A stretch of 64,000 nt of DNA from Pseudomonadota bacterium (GTDB lineage Bacteria; Myxococcota_A; UBA9160; PR03). Below are positions 7,727 to 17,350 of the stretch, piece by piece; the first letter of the stretch is position 1; the number at the start of each line of letters is the position of its first letter. The position numbers and the translations under genes are program-made. The stretch lies in NCBI GenBank assembly GCA_003576805.1, contig QEVM01000013.1, positions 1,221-65,220 of the forward strand. Reading direction: 5' to 3'. The notes below the pieces were generated by a model. That model ran no database searches, had not been told where the DNA came from, and saw only the letters and a list, made by a program, of their open reading frames with translations.

Positions 7727-8989
7727 TCACGCGATCTTCCAGCACATCGGCGCGCGCTTGATGCCGCCGACGAAGCTCGAGCGCGCGCGCTCGACCGGCC
7801 CGGCGAGCTCCGCGTGCACGAGGCGCCGGCGCAGCGCCGAGAACGCCGCGCGCAGCTCCAGGCGCGCGAGGTGCGCGCCGAGGCAGACGTGCTCGCCGAC
7901 GCCGAACGCGACGTGGTGGTTCGGGTCGCGGTCGATGCGGAACACGTCGGGATCTTCGAACACCTCTTCGTCGCGGTTCGCGGACGCGTAGAAGAGGCAG
8001 GCGCTCTCGCCGGCGCGGATGGTCTTGTCGCGCAGCCGGTAGTCCTCGGTCGCGGTGCGGCAGAACTGGATCACCGGCGTGATCCAGCGCACGATCTCCT
8101 CGACGGCGGGATCGACCAGCGCCGCGTTGCGGCGCAGCTTCTCCCACTCTCCCGGATGCTCGAGGAACGCGATCATGCCGCCCGTCATCGCGTTGCGCGT
8201 GGTCTCGTTGCCGGCGACGACCAGCAAGAGGTAGTACGAGAGCAGCTCGATCGGCGGCAGGCGCTGGCCGTCGATGGCGCCGCCCACGACGGCGCTCACG
8301 ATGTCGTCCTGCGGCCGCGCGGAGCGATCGCGCGACATCGCGTCGAAGTACTGGAACAGCTCGATCCGCGTGCGCTCCATGGTCGCCTCGGCGGAGCCGT
8401 CGACCTGGAACTCGGGATCCTCGGGCGCGATGATCTGGTTGGTCCAGCGGAACAGCAGATCGCGGTCGCTCTCGGGGACGCCGAGCATCTCCGCGATCAC
8501 CGCGATCGTGATCGGCGCGGAGACGTCGCGCACGAAGTCGCCCTCGCCGCGCGCCGCCGCCGCGTCGAGCACCTGCTCGGTCAGGCGCTCGACCTTCGCC
8601 GCCCAGCCCTGCACGGCGCGCGGCGTGAAGCGCTTCGACGCGACGTTGCGGTACTTGCCGTGGTCCGGCGGGTCCATGTTCAGCAGGTGCCGGCTCGAGT
8701 TCTCGGGCGGCGGCGGCACCTTGTTGCTGAAGACGGCGAGCCGCGGCGCGTTCAGGAAGCGCTGCGGCTGCTTCGAGAGCTCGATCACGTCCGCGTGCTT
8801 GGTGATCGCCCAGAAGCCGTCGTAGTCCGGGTGCTCGACCCAGTGCACGGGGTCGTTCCGGCGCAGCCACTTCCACTCCGCGAACGGATAGCCGTTGCGC
8901 TCGTAGTGCTCGGCGCTGATGACGTCCAGCTTCGCGGGATCGATCCCGGCTGCGCCGGAACGGCTCGTGCTCGTGCTCGCCTGGCTCAT
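7727..8989 (-). CDS. cytochrome P450
   Basis: 420 aa. Heme-thiolate loop FGVGEHVCLGAHLARLE (FxxGxHxCxG), AGNETT I-helix motif and ExxR-like EEIVRW. Confidence 0.92.
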   Translation of the reverse strand: MSQASTSTSRSGAAGIDPAKLDVISAEHYERNGYPFAEWKWLRRNDPVHWVEHPDYDGFWAITKHADVIELSKQPQRFLNAPRLAVFSNKVPPPPENSSRHLLNMDPPDHGKYRNVASKRFTPRAVQGWAAKVERLTEQVLDAAAARGEGDFVRDVSAPITIAVIAEMLGVPESDRDLLFRWTNQIIAPEDPEFQVDGSAEATMERTRIELFQYFDAMSRDRSARPQDDIVSAVVGGAIDGQRLPPIELLSYYLLLVVAGNETTRNAMTGGMIAFLEHPGEWEKLRRNAALVDPAVEEIVRWITPVIQFCRTATEDYRLRDKTIRAGESACLFYASANRDEEVFEDPDVFRIDRDPNHHVAFGVGEHVCLGAHLARLELRAAFSALRRRLVHAELAGPVERARSSFVGGIKRAPMCWKIA

Positions 8990-9017
8990 GCGCGACTCCT
9001 GTGGGCGTCGCGCAAGG

Positions 9018-9836
9018 CTACCTCGGAGCGATCGTCTCCGCCGACGAGCGCGCGCCCGTCGCAGCCGGCGCCGACGGTCCGGAAGAGACCGCGGGCGGAT
9101 TCTGGATCACGATCTCGACGCGCCGGTTCTGCTGCCGGCCCGCGCCGGTCTCGTTGCTCGCGACCGGCAGCGTCTCGCCGAAGCCGACCGCCTCGATGCG
9201 CCCTGTCTCGACGCCGAGCGAGAGCAGCCGGTCGGCGACGGACTCGGCGCGCCGCCGCGAGAGATCCTCGTTGTACGAGTGGCTGCCCGTCGAGTCGGTG
9301 TGGCCCTCGATCCGCACCGGGCGGTCGGGCTCGCTGCGCAGGAAGTCTGCGACGCGCGCGAGTGTCGCCTGCGCGCCGGGCTTCAGCGTGGCGCGGTCGA
9401 CGTCGAACAGGATGTCGGGCAGCGTCACGACGAGCCCGCGCTCGGTCTGGCGCGCGTCGAGCTCCTGGCGCAGCCGCTCGACCTCGCGCGTGCGCGCGTC
9501 GAGCAGGACCTCGGAGCGCTGCTCCGCCAGCTCGTTCACGCGCTCGCGCTCGCGCTGCGCGCCGGCCTCGACGCGCGCGATCTGCACGCGCCGGTCGGCG
9601 AGCGTGGCGAGGTGCGTGACGTGGCTCTCGTCCTCGTCGTCGCGCCACGCCTCTTCGGCGCGCTCGAGCGTCGCCTGCGCCTCCTGGAAGGGCAGGGGCG
9701 CGGAGCGGTCGACGCCGGCCGCGCGCGCCTGCTCGAGCGAGCCGCGCGCCGACTCGAGCGCCGGGTTCGGCGTGCTCGCGCAGCCGGTGAAGAAGATCCC
9801 GAGAGCGGTCCAGTACAAGAGCTTGCGCGAACGCAT
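9018..9836 (-). CDS. OmpA-family lipoprotein with N-terminal DUF4398-like helical region
   Basis: ORF trimmed to ATG 9836 (AAGGA upstream). Lipobox FFTGC. C-terminal OmpA motif FDVDRATLKP...IEGHTDSTGSHSYNEDLSRRRAESV...NRRVEIV. Confidence 0.88.
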   Translation of the reverse strand: MRSRKLLYWTALGIFFTGCASTPNPALESARGSLEQARAAGVDRSAPLPFQEAQATLERAEEAWRDDEDESHVTHLATLADRRVQIARVEAGAQRERERVNELAEQRSEVLLDARTREVERLRQELDARQTERGLVVTLPDILFDVDRATLKPGAQATLARVADFLRSEPDRPVRIEGHTDSTGSHSYNEDLSRRRAESVADRLLSLGVETGRIEAVGFGETLPVASNETGAGRQQNRRVEIVIQNPPAVSSGPSAPAATGARSSAETIAPR

Positions 9837-9856
9837 GTCGGTTCCTTTCGATGCCG

Positions 9857-10228
9857 TCACGGGATCACGCGCTCGCTGGCGCGGTCCGTCTCGTCGCGGA
9901 GGTCGCGGATGGTCTGCTGCATCGCCTCGCTGCTCTTGCGCGCGGCCTCGCTGCGCGCGACCGCCGCGGCGAGCTGCGCCTCGACGAGCGCCTCGTCCGC
10001 CAGCTCGCGCGCGGTGGTGTAGTTCTCGTCGCGCAGCTCGCGCCGCGCGCGTTCGAGCTTGTCGCGCGCGGTGTTCCACTCGGGTGTCGCCAGCGTCTGC
10101 GCCTGCGCCGTCTCGGCGTCGCGCAACGCAGCCTCGGCCGCCGCGATCTGCGAACGCGGCGGCGGCGTGCTGGCGCACGCAAGACAGGTCGCGAGCGCGA
10201 GCGCGCCCGCAAACGTCGGAATTCGCAT
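9857..10228 (-). CDS. DUF4398-like small lipoprotein
   Basis: 123 aa, GGGAGG RBS, signal peptide with Cys (LATCLACAS), then a helical A/E/R-rich domain. It is paired with the downstream OmpA gene, as commonly seen for DUF4398. Confidence 0.7.
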   Translation of the reverse strand: MRIPTFAGALALATCLACASTPPPRSQIAAAEAALRDAETAQAQTLATPEWNTARDKLERARRELRDENYTTARELADEALVEAQLAAAVARSEAARKSSEAMQQTIRDLRDETDRASERVIP

Positions 10229-10336
10229 GATTCGCCTCCCTTGCGGAGGAGCAATGCAGCAGCCATGCCAGTGCGGCGTCGCGCGTGCAGCGCACGCGAG
10301 CGCTCGCGGCTCGCCCGAATTTCTACAAGCGAGTGT

Positions 10337-12568
10337 TCAGGCTGCGGGAGTGATTTCGACGGGGATGCCGTTCAGCACGGCGTTGCCCGACAGCGGGTCG
10401 AGCAGCGTCTCGTCGGCGAGCAGGTTGGAGTTGACGCCGGGGCGCTGCGCGGCGAAGGCGAGCTGCGCGCCCGGGGCGTCGTGGCCGAAGCCGTGCGGCA
10501 GGCTCACCACGCCGCGCGCCATCGTGTCGGTGATCTCGACGGGCGCCTCGACGGCGCCGACGCGCGAGCGCACGCGCGCGCGGTCGCCCGGCGCGAGCCC
10601 GAGCGACGCGGCGTCGTCCGGGTGCACGAGCAGCGTGCAGCGCTCCTTGCCCTTCGCGAGCGGCGGCAGGTTGTGGAACCACGAGTTGTTGGAGCGCAGA
10701 TGGCGCCGCCCGATCAGCACGAAGCCTCCGCCGTGCGCGTCGATGCGCGCGCGCAGCCGCGCGACGTCCGCGACGAGCAGCTCGGGCGCGAGCTCGATCG
10801 CGCCGCTCGCGGTCGCGAGCATGGCCGGCAGGCGCGCTGAGAGCGGGCCGAGATCGACGCCGTGCTCCGCCGCCTGCAGCTTCGCGAGCGAGAGACCGGG
10901 CGCCGCGTCGTCGAAGCGGTCGCCGTACGGACCCGCGCGCAGCAGCAGGTCGAGCAGGCGCTCCGGCCCCGGCTCGCCGCCGAGCTTCGCGCGCGCGGCG
11001 GGCTCGTCGACGCCGGGACACGCGCGCAGCGCGTTCGCGAGCAGACCGGAGAAGAGCATCTCGTCGAGCTGCTCCGGCTTCGCGCCGTTCACGCGCGCGC
11101 CGATCTCCAGCATCAGCTCCCAGCCGTGCCTGGCGTCCGCCGGCCTCGGCAGCGCGGCGGGCGACCACTTCGCGTGGTTCCGCACCGAGAAGCCGTGGAA
11201 GACCATGTCGTAGTTGGTGCGCTCGAGCGGCGTCGTGGTCGGGAGGATCACGTCGGCGAGCCGCGTCGTCTCGTTGCGGTACAGGTCGATCGACACCACG
11301 AAGTCGAGGTTCTCGATCGCCTTGGCGAGTCGCGCGGCGTTCGGCGTCGAGAGCACGGGGTTGCCGGCGACCGTGACGAGCGCGCGCACGCGCGCGTCGC
11401 CCGCCGAGTCGATCTCCTCCGCCAGCGCCGCCACGGGCAGCTCGCCGCCGAACTCGGGCAGGCCGCGCACGCGGCTGCGCCAGCGCGCGTACGGCACGCG
11501 CGCGGGCTTGCGAGGGCGATCGTCGGCCGGCGCGTGCGCGGGCCGCGGAAAGAGCGCCCCGCCCGGGCGGTCGAGGTTGCCCGTCAGGACGTTCACGACG
11601 TCGACCAGCCAGCTCGCGAGCGTCCCGAACTCCTGCGTGCAGGTGCCGATGCGGCCGTAGCAGGCGGCGCGCTCGGCGGCGGCGAAGTCGCGCGCGAGGC
11701 GCCGCACGCGCGCTGCGCCGACGCCGCTCGCCGCCGCGGTGCGCTCGGGCGCGAACTCGCGCGCGAGCGCCTCGACCTGCGCGACGCCGTTCGTGATCGC
11801 CTCGAGCGCGCGCAGCCGCACGAGCTTCTCCTCGAAGAGCACGTGCACCAGCGAGAACAGGAAGAGCGCGTCGGCGCCGGGCCGGATGAAGAGGTGCTCG
11901 TCCGCGATCGCTGCCGTCTCGGTGCGGCGCGGATCGACGACGACGAGCCGCCCGCCGCGCGCGCGCAGCGCGGCGAGCCGGCCCGGGAAGTCGGGCGCGG
12001 TCATCAGGCTGCCGTTCGACGCCAGCGGATTCGCGCCGAGCACGAGCAGGAAGTCGGTGTGGTCGATGTCGGCGACCGGCACGGCGAGCGGCGCGCCGAA
12101 CAGCAGCGCCGAGCTCACCATCTTGGGGAGCTGGTCGACGCTCGTCGCCGAGAAGCGCCACTTGGTGCCGAGCGCGCGCAGCAGGACGGGCAGGTAGAAG
12201 GTCGCGGCGTAGTCGTGCGCGTTGGGATTGCCGAGATAGGTGGCGATCGCGTCGGGCCCGTGCGCCTCGCGGATCGCGGCGAGGCGGGTCGCGACGAGCG
12301 AGAGCGCCTCCTCCCACGAGGCCTCGCGGAACTCCGATCCTTCGCGGATCAGCGGCCAGCGCAGGCGGTCGGGGTCGTCCTGGAGCGCCTTCAGGCCGTA
12401 CGCCTTCGGGCACAGGTAGCCGCGCGAGAGGGCGTCGTCCGGATCGCCGCGCACGGTGCAAACGTGCGAGCCCGCGATCTCCACGCCGACACCGCAATGT
12501 GCCTCGCACAGCGAGCAGCTTCGGTACACGACGCGGGCGGAGCGGGGCTCGATCGGCAGCGCGGCCAT
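10337..12568 (-). CDS. molybdopterin (bis-MGD) oxidoreductase family protein
   Basis: 743 aa, GGAGGA RBS. N-terminal 4Fe-4S motif CSLCEAHCGV...CPKA and GANPLASNGS / VVVDPRRTET blocks of the formate-dehydrogenase / nitrate-reductase superfamily. Confidence 0.88.
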   Translation of the reverse strand: MAALPIEPRSARVVYRSCSLCEAHCGVGVEIAGSHVCTVRGDPDDALSRGYLCPKAYGLKALQDDPDRLRWPLIREGSEFREASWEEALSLVATRLAAIREAHGPDAIATYLGNPNAHDYAATFYLPVLLRALGTKWRFSATSVDQLPKMVSSALLFGAPLAVPVADIDHTDFLLVLGANPLASNGSLMTAPDFPGRLAALRARGGRLVVVDPRRTETAAIADEHLFIRPGADALFLFSLVHVLFEEKLVRLRALEAITNGVAQVEALAREFAPERTAAASGVGAARVRRLARDFAAAERAACYGRIGTCTQEFGTLASWLVDVVNVLTGNLDRPGGALFPRPAHAPADDRPRKPARVPYARWRSRVRGLPEFGGELPVAALAEEIDSAGDARVRALVTVAGNPVLSTPNAARLAKAIENLDFVVSIDLYRNETTRLADVILPTTTPLERTNYDMVFHGFSVRNHAKWSPAALPRPADARHGWELMLEIGARVNGAKPEQLDEMLFSGLLANALRACPGVDEPAARAKLGGEPGPERLLDLLLRAGPYGDRFDDAAPGLSLAKLQAAEHGVDLGPLSARLPAMLATASGAIELAPELLVADVARLRARIDAHGGGFVLIGRRHLRSNNSWFHNLPPLAKGKERCTLLVHPDDAASLGLAPGDRARVRSRVGAVEAPVEITDTMARGVVSLPHGFGHDAPGAQLAFAAQRPGVNSNLLADETLLDPLSGNAVLNGIPVEITPAA

Positions 12569-12635
12569 CGCGGGGTCCTCCGTCCGGAAGAGCCTACCGC
12601 GGCGCGCGACGCAACGGTCGGAAGGATGCGAGCGC

Positions 12636-13166
12636 CTACTCGCCCATGCCCGAGCTGCCGAAGCCGGTGCCGAACCCCGAGCTGCTGCCGCTGTTGCTCC
12701 GGCTGCGCGACGACGAGCCGAAGCTGCTGTTCGAGCGCGACGAGCCGCGCGTGCTCTGGGTGCTCGCGTCGTCGCGACCGCCGCGGCGGCGGCTCGACAG
12801 CCCGCTGCGCCGCGATCCGAGTCCGCTGCGCCGGAAGCTCTGCATGCCGGCCCGACCGCCGCCGCGCCCGAACGCGTTGCCCGCTCCGATCATCACGCGC
12901 ACCGGCTTGCCGGGCACGAAGTCGGGCGGATCGCCCGGGCGCCGGTACTTCCGCCAGTTGGCGTCCTCGTTGAGCTTCTGCACGTAGCGTTCGAGCTCGG
13001 CGTCGCTCATGCCGTCGAGCGATCCGACGCCGCGCCGATCGGACGCGAGAGCCAGCTCGGGCAGCGCGAGCAGCGCGATCAGCCCGATCGCCGCGCCGCG
13101 CCGCGCGGTGCGGAGCGCGATCTGCGAGAACGAGGAGGAGTGCGTGTGCGAGAGCGCGGCGCGCAT
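12636..13166 (-). CDS. hypothetical secreted protein with Ser/Arg/Gly-rich disordered tail
   Basis: ORF 12636-13226 trimmed to ATG 13166, which avoids overlap with the ampG stop. Signal peptide ...ALLALPELALA, a short charged domain, then about 80 aa of RRSGLGSRRSGLSSRRRGG...SSRSRSNSGSSSGFGTGFGSSG. Confidence 0.5.
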   Translation of the reverse strand: MRAALSHTHSSSFSQIALRTARRGAAIGLIALLALPELALASDRRGVGSLDGMSDAELERYVQKLNEDANWRKYRRPGDPPDFVPGKPVRVMIGAGNAFGRGGGRAGMQSFRRSGLGSRRSGLSSRRRGGRDDASTQSTRGSSRSNSSFGSSSRSRSNSGSSSGFGTGFGSSGMGE

Positions 13167-13179
13167 CGTGGCTTCCACT

Positions 13180-14526
13180 TTAGCAGGAACCCGCCGGAGC
13201 CGGCGCGGTTGCAGGCGCCTGCGCATGACGCCGCCAGAGCCAGGCGAGCAGCAACAAGCCGGGGATCGCGAGCGCCGTCGTGATCACGAAGAAGGGCGTC
13301 CACGGAACGCGGTCCGCGAGCCAGCCGGAGCCCGACGAGAGCACCGTGCGTCCCACCGCCATCAGCGAGGTGAGCAGCGCGTACTGCGTCGCGCTCATGC
13401 CGGTGCGGCACAGGCTCGAGAGGTACGCGACGAAGGCCGATGCGGCGAGCCCGCCGGTGAAGCCGTCGGCGCCGATCGCGACGGCGAGCATGCGCAGGTC
13501 GGCGCCGATCTGCGCCTGCGCCGCGAACAGCAGGTTGGTCACGGCCTGCAGCACGCCGCCGATCAGCAGCGCGCGCCACAGTCCGACCCACGCCACGAAG
13601 ATGCCGCCCGCGAGCACGCCCGCGACGTTGGCGACGACGCCGAACACCTTCGTCACGCTCGCGATCTCGACGCCGCTGAAGCCGAGCTCGACGTAGAACG
13701 GATTGGCCATCGAGCCGGCCACGGCGTCGCCGAACTTGTAGAGGAGCGCGAACGCGACGATGCCCGCCGCGTGCGGGCGCCCGAGCAGATCGCGCAGCGG
13801 CTCGAGCACCGCGTCGGCGAAGCGGATCGGCTCCGCGCGGCGTTCCTCGGGCGGCGGCGGCGCGATCGCGACGGCGAGCGCGCCGACGCCGACGCAGGCC
13901 GCGAGCGCCGCGAACACCACCGGCCACGCGACCACGTCCGAGAGCGCCATCGCGCCCGCGCCCGCGACGAGCAGGCCGCCGCGGTAGCCGGTCTGGGTCG
14001 CGGCGGCGCCCGCGCCCTGCTCGTCCTCGCGCAGCACTTCGATGCGATACGCGTCGATCGCGATGTCCTGCGTCGCGGAGCAGAACGCGACCGCGAGCGC
14101 GAGCGCCGCCGTCGCGAACGGCGCCTGCGCGGGATCCGCCGCGCCGAGCGCGAGGATCGCGGCGGCGAGCGCCGCCTGCGAGACGAGCGTCCACGCGCGC
14201 CGCTTGCCGAGGCGCGCGCCGAGCCACGGCACGCGCACCGCGTCGAGCGCCGGCGCCCACACGAACTTGAGCGCGTAGGGCAGGCCGACCAGCGCGAACA
14301 GCCCGATCGACGTCTTGTCCACGCCGCGCTTCGCGAGCCAGTACGAGAGCGTGGAGGTGGTGAGCAGCAGCGGCAGCCCGCTCGCGAAGCCCATCCCGAG
14401 GATCGCGAGCATGCGGCGGTCCGCGTACACCGCGAGCGCATCGCGGAGGGATCGGCGCGGCGCGCGTTGCTCCACGTCGGGTTTGTCGGCGACGCGTGCC
14501 GTCGGGTCAAGGCCAGCGGTTATCAT
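13180..14526 (-). CDS. ampG: AmpG-family muropeptide MFS permease
   Basis: Real part of the 911-aa ORF, starting at ATG 14526. RRMLAILGMGFASGLPLLLTTSTLSYWLAK and FCSATQDIAIDAYRIE match AmpG signature regions. About 12 TM segments. Confidence 0.85.
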   Translation of the reverse strand: MITAGLDPTARVADKPDVEQRAPRRSLRDALAVYADRRMLAILGMGFASGLPLLLTTSTLSYWLAKRGVDKTSIGLFALVGLPYALKFVWAPALDAVRVPWLGARLGKRRAWTLVSQAALAAAILALGAADPAQAPFATAALALAVAFCSATQDIAIDAYRIEVLREDEQGAGAAATQTGYRGGLLVAGAGAMALSDVVAWPVVFAALAACVGVGALAVAIAPPPPEERRAEPIRFADAVLEPLRDLLGRPHAAGIVAFALLYKFGDAVAGSMANPFYVELGFSGVEIASVTKVFGVVANVAGVLAGGIFVAWVGLWRALLIGGVLQAVTNLLFAAQAQIGADLRMLAVAIGADGFTGGLAASAFVAYLSSLCRTGMSATQYALLTSLMAVGRTVLSSGSGWLADRVPWTPFFVITTALAIPGLLLLAWLWRRHAQAPATAPAPAGSC

Positions 14527-14532
14527 GCGCGC

Positions 14533-15246
14533 ATGCCGCCCGCGCTCCATCTCGGCCCGCTCCCGCTCGGCACGCGCCCGCGCGTCGCGGTGCCCTTCAC
14601 CGACTCCGCGCTGCGCGCCGACGTCGTGGATCTCGGCTCGCGCGGGCTCGACGTGGCCGAGCTGCGCGTCGATCTCTTCGGCGCCTGCGAGACGGACGCG
14701 GCGCTCGCCGTGCTGCCGGTCTTCTCGGGCGTGCCGAAGCTCGCGACGATCCGCCACGCGGACGAGGGCGGCGGCTGGAAGGGCTCCGAAGCCGAGCGGG
14801 CGGCGCTCTACCGCGCGCTGCTCCCGCACGTGGACGCGATCGACGTCGAGGTGCGCAGCGAGATCGCGCGCGACGTCGTCGGTGCCGCGCGCCGCGCCGG
14901 CAAGCTCGCGATCGCCTCGTTCCACGACTTCGGCGGTACGCCGGCGCCGCGCGCGCTCGAGGAGGTGGTCGAGCGCGGCCGCGCGCTCGGCGCCGACGTC
15001 GTCAAGATCGCCGCCGCCGTCGCGGGCGACCGCGACCTGCGCACGCTCGCGCGCCTGCTGCTGGCGCACGAGGACGTGGGGCTCGTCGTGATCGGGATGG
15101 GCGAGCGCGGCATCGCGTCGCGCGTGCTCTTCCCGGCGCTCGGCTCGCTGCTCACCTACGCCGCGGCCGGCACGCAGACGGCGCCCGGCCAGCTTCCGCT
15201 CGACGAGCTGGTCGCGCTGCTGCGCCGCCTCGGAACGCTGGCGTAG
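14533..15246 (+). CDS. aroD: type I 3-dehydroquinate dehydratase
   Basis: Real part of ORF 13009-15246, from ATG 14533. VELRVDLF, IASFHDFGGTP and ADVVKIAAAV (Schiff-base Lys region) follow the AroD layout. Confidence 0.85.
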   Translation: MPPALHLGPLPLGTRPRVAVPFTDSALRADVVDLGSRGLDVAELRVDLFGACETDAALAVLPVFSGVPKLATIRHADEGGGWKGSEAERAALYRALLPHVDAIDVEVRSEIARDVVGAARRAGKLAIASFHDFGGTPAPRALEEVVERGRALGADVVKIAAAVAGDRDLRTLARLLLAHEDVGLVVIGMGERGIASRVLFPALGSLLTYAAAGTQTAPGQLPLDELVALLRRLGTLA

Positions 15247-15248
15247 CC

Positions 15249-15896
15249 CTAGCCCTTCTCTTCCGCGCCGACGCCGCCCATGAAGTCGGCGCCGCGCGCG
15301 GCGGGCGGCGCCGCGACCTCGACGATGCGCTCGGGCACGTCGTCGTACTCGAGGCGCAGCGCGCGCGTCGTGATCGCGTGCATCTCGTAGAGCGCCGTGA
15401 TGTAGGTGAGCTCGAGGATCTCCTCGTCGGAGAGGTGCGCGCGCAGCCGCTCGAAGGTCGCGTCCTGCACGCGGCCGTTCTGGAGCACCAGCTCGTCGAC
15501 GTAGGCGAGCACCGCGCGCTCGACCGGCTCGAAGACGTCGGCGCCCGGCCAGCTCGGGATCGCGCGGATCTTGTCCTCGGAGAGGCCGACGTGGCGCGAC
15601 GCCTTGCAGTGCTGGGAGAACACGAACTGGCTCTCGCGCAGGAAGCCGGCGCGCGTCTGGCCGAGCTCGCGCAGCTTGGGATCGAGCTTGCGGCGCGGGC
15701 TGCGGTAGAAGGCGAAGCCGGCGACGGCGTGGCGGAAGCAGTCGGGCACGAGCGCGAACACCGTCCACCAGTCGCCCGGCGTGCCGGTCGCCGTGCCGGG
15801 CTCGGCGACGGGGCAGCGACCGCCGAACAGCATGTCGTACACGGTCTGGACGTCGGCGGGCGCTTCGGCGCGCGGCACCTGGCGCAGGCGGGGCAT
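15249..15896 (-). CDS. carboxymuconolactone decarboxylase (AhpD-like) family protein
   Basis: 215 aa, GAGGAG RBS. The pattern RELGQTRAGFLRESQFVFSQHCKASRHVGLSEDKI...LTYITALYEM fits CMD/AhpD-like proteins. Confidence 0.7.
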   Translation of the reverse strand: MPRLRQVPRAEAPADVQTVYDMLFGGRCPVAEPGTATGTPGDWWTVFALVPDCFRHAVAGFAFYRSPRRKLDPKLRELGQTRAGFLRESQFVFSQHCKASRHVGLSEDKIRAIPSWPGADVFEPVERAVLAYVDELVLQNGRVQDATFERLRAHLSDEEILELTYITALYEMHAITTRALRLEYDDVPERIVEVAAPPAARGADFMGGVGAEEKG

Positions 15897-15952
15897 CGCG
15901 TTCTCCTCGTCGCAAGCGGAGCGCGAAGCCTATGCGTCTCGGAAGCCGGCGG

Positions 15953-17350
15953 CTACGCCGGCGCCGGCGCGAGCGGAAGTCGCACGGAGAACACCGAGCC
16001 GACGCCGAGCGCGCTCTCGACCTCGATCGTGCCGCCGTGCGCGCGCGCGATCTCGCGCGCCAGCGCGAGCCCGAGTCCCATGCCCTCGGTCTCGGCCTCG
16101 CTCGACGCCGAGCCGCGCGCGTAGCGCGAGAAGATGATCTGGCGGTCCGACTCGGTCATGCCCGGGCCGGTGTCGCGCACGCGCACGATCACCTCGTCGA
16201 TCGCCGGCCGCGCGGTGAGGTCGACGCGGCCGCCTTCGGGCGTGTACTGGAGCGCGTTGTGCAGCAGGTTCGCGAAGAGCTGGTGCAGCCAGCTCGGATC
16301 GCCGCGCACCGCGCCCTTCGAGCTCGCCTCGACCGTCAGCTCGATGTTGCGCTCCTCGGCGAGCGCCACGAAGAAATCCGCGACGTCCTCGAGCAGCGGG
16401 TCGATCTCGACGCGCACGCTGTGCGCCGCGTCGAGGCCGCCCTCCGACTGCGCGAGGCGCAGCATCGCGTTGACGGTGTCCGAGAGGCGGTCCACCTGGA
16501 GCAGCAGGTCGGCCAGCACGACGCGGTACTCCGCGGGCGCGCGGTCCTTCGCGAGCGTCACGTCGATCTGGCTGTGCATCGCGGTGAGCGGCGTGCGGAG
16601 CTGGTGGGCCGCGTCGGCGGAGAAGTGGCGCACGCGCGCCACGCCTTCGCGGATGCGCGCCAGCATGTCGTTCAGCGTGTGCGCCAGCTCGTCGAGCTCG
16701 TCGCCCGAGCCGGTCGTCGGGATCTGCTCGTCGAGCTGTCGCGTCGAGATGCGGCGCGCGGTGCGGGTGATCGCGGAGATCGGGCGCAGGCTGCCGCGCG
16801 AGAGCAGGAAGCCGACGCCCGCGGTGAGCAGCACCAGCACGGGCAGCGCGCTCATGAAGGCGTCGCGGATGCCGGCGGCGCTGCGCGCGAACGGGCGCGA
16901 GTAGATCATGAGCTGCACGACGCCGTGCGCGCCGCGCCCGGCGAGCACGAAGTACGGATAGCCCCAGCCGACGTCGACCTCGCGCGGCGCGGGGTCGGTC
17001 TTGCCGAGCACGACTTGCGCCGGCAGCGGGATCGCGGTCATCGACGCGGCGCCCACGCTGGTCGCGGGACGCCCGTCGGTGTGGAAGAACTGCACGCCGA
17101 CGCGCAGCTCCGGGTCGGCGCCCTGCGCCTGGCGCTCGGCGAACTCGCGCCACTCCTCGACGGCGCCCGGGTGCGCGTCGATGTAGGCGAGCAGCTGCGC
17201 GAGCTGCAGCTCCATCAGGAGCCCCGCGTCCTTGCGGATGCGCTGCTCGGCTCGGGTGTACACGAAGGCGGAGAAGGCCGAGGTCGTGACCAGCATCACG
17301 ACCACGTACCGGAGCGTCCACTTCGCTCCGATCGACAAGGTCTTACGCAA
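15953..17350 (-). CDS. two-component sensor histidine kinase (heavy-metal-sensor-like architecture)
   Basis: TTG start. Two TM segments, HAMP, H-box HFSADAAHQLRTPL, N-box LLHNALQYTP and G-boxes DTGPGM / GMGLGLALAREI. Overlaps the upstream response-regulator stop by 8 nt. Confidence 0.9.
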   Translation of the reverse strand: MRKTLSIGAKWTLRYVVVMLVTTSAFSAFVYTRAEQRIRKDAGLLMELQLAQLLAYIDAHPGAVEEWREFAERQAQGADPELRVGVQFFHTDGRPATSVGAASMTAIPLPAQVVLGKTDPAPREVDVGWGYPYFVLAGRGAHGVVQLMIYSRPFARSAAGIRDAFMSALPVLVLLTAGVGFLLSRGSLRPISAITRTARRISTRQLDEQIPTTGSGDELDELAHTLNDMLARIREGVARVRHFSADAAHQLRTPLTAMHSQIDVTLAKDRAPAEYRVVLADLLLQVDRLSDTVNAMLRLAQSEGGLDAAHSVRVEIDPLLEDVADFFVALAEERNIELTVEASSKGAVRGDPSWLHQLFANLLHNALQYTPEGGRVDLTARPAIDEVIVRVRDTGPGMTESDRQIIFSRYARGSASSEAETEGMGLGLALAREIARAHGGTIEVESALGVGSVFSVRLPLAPAPA

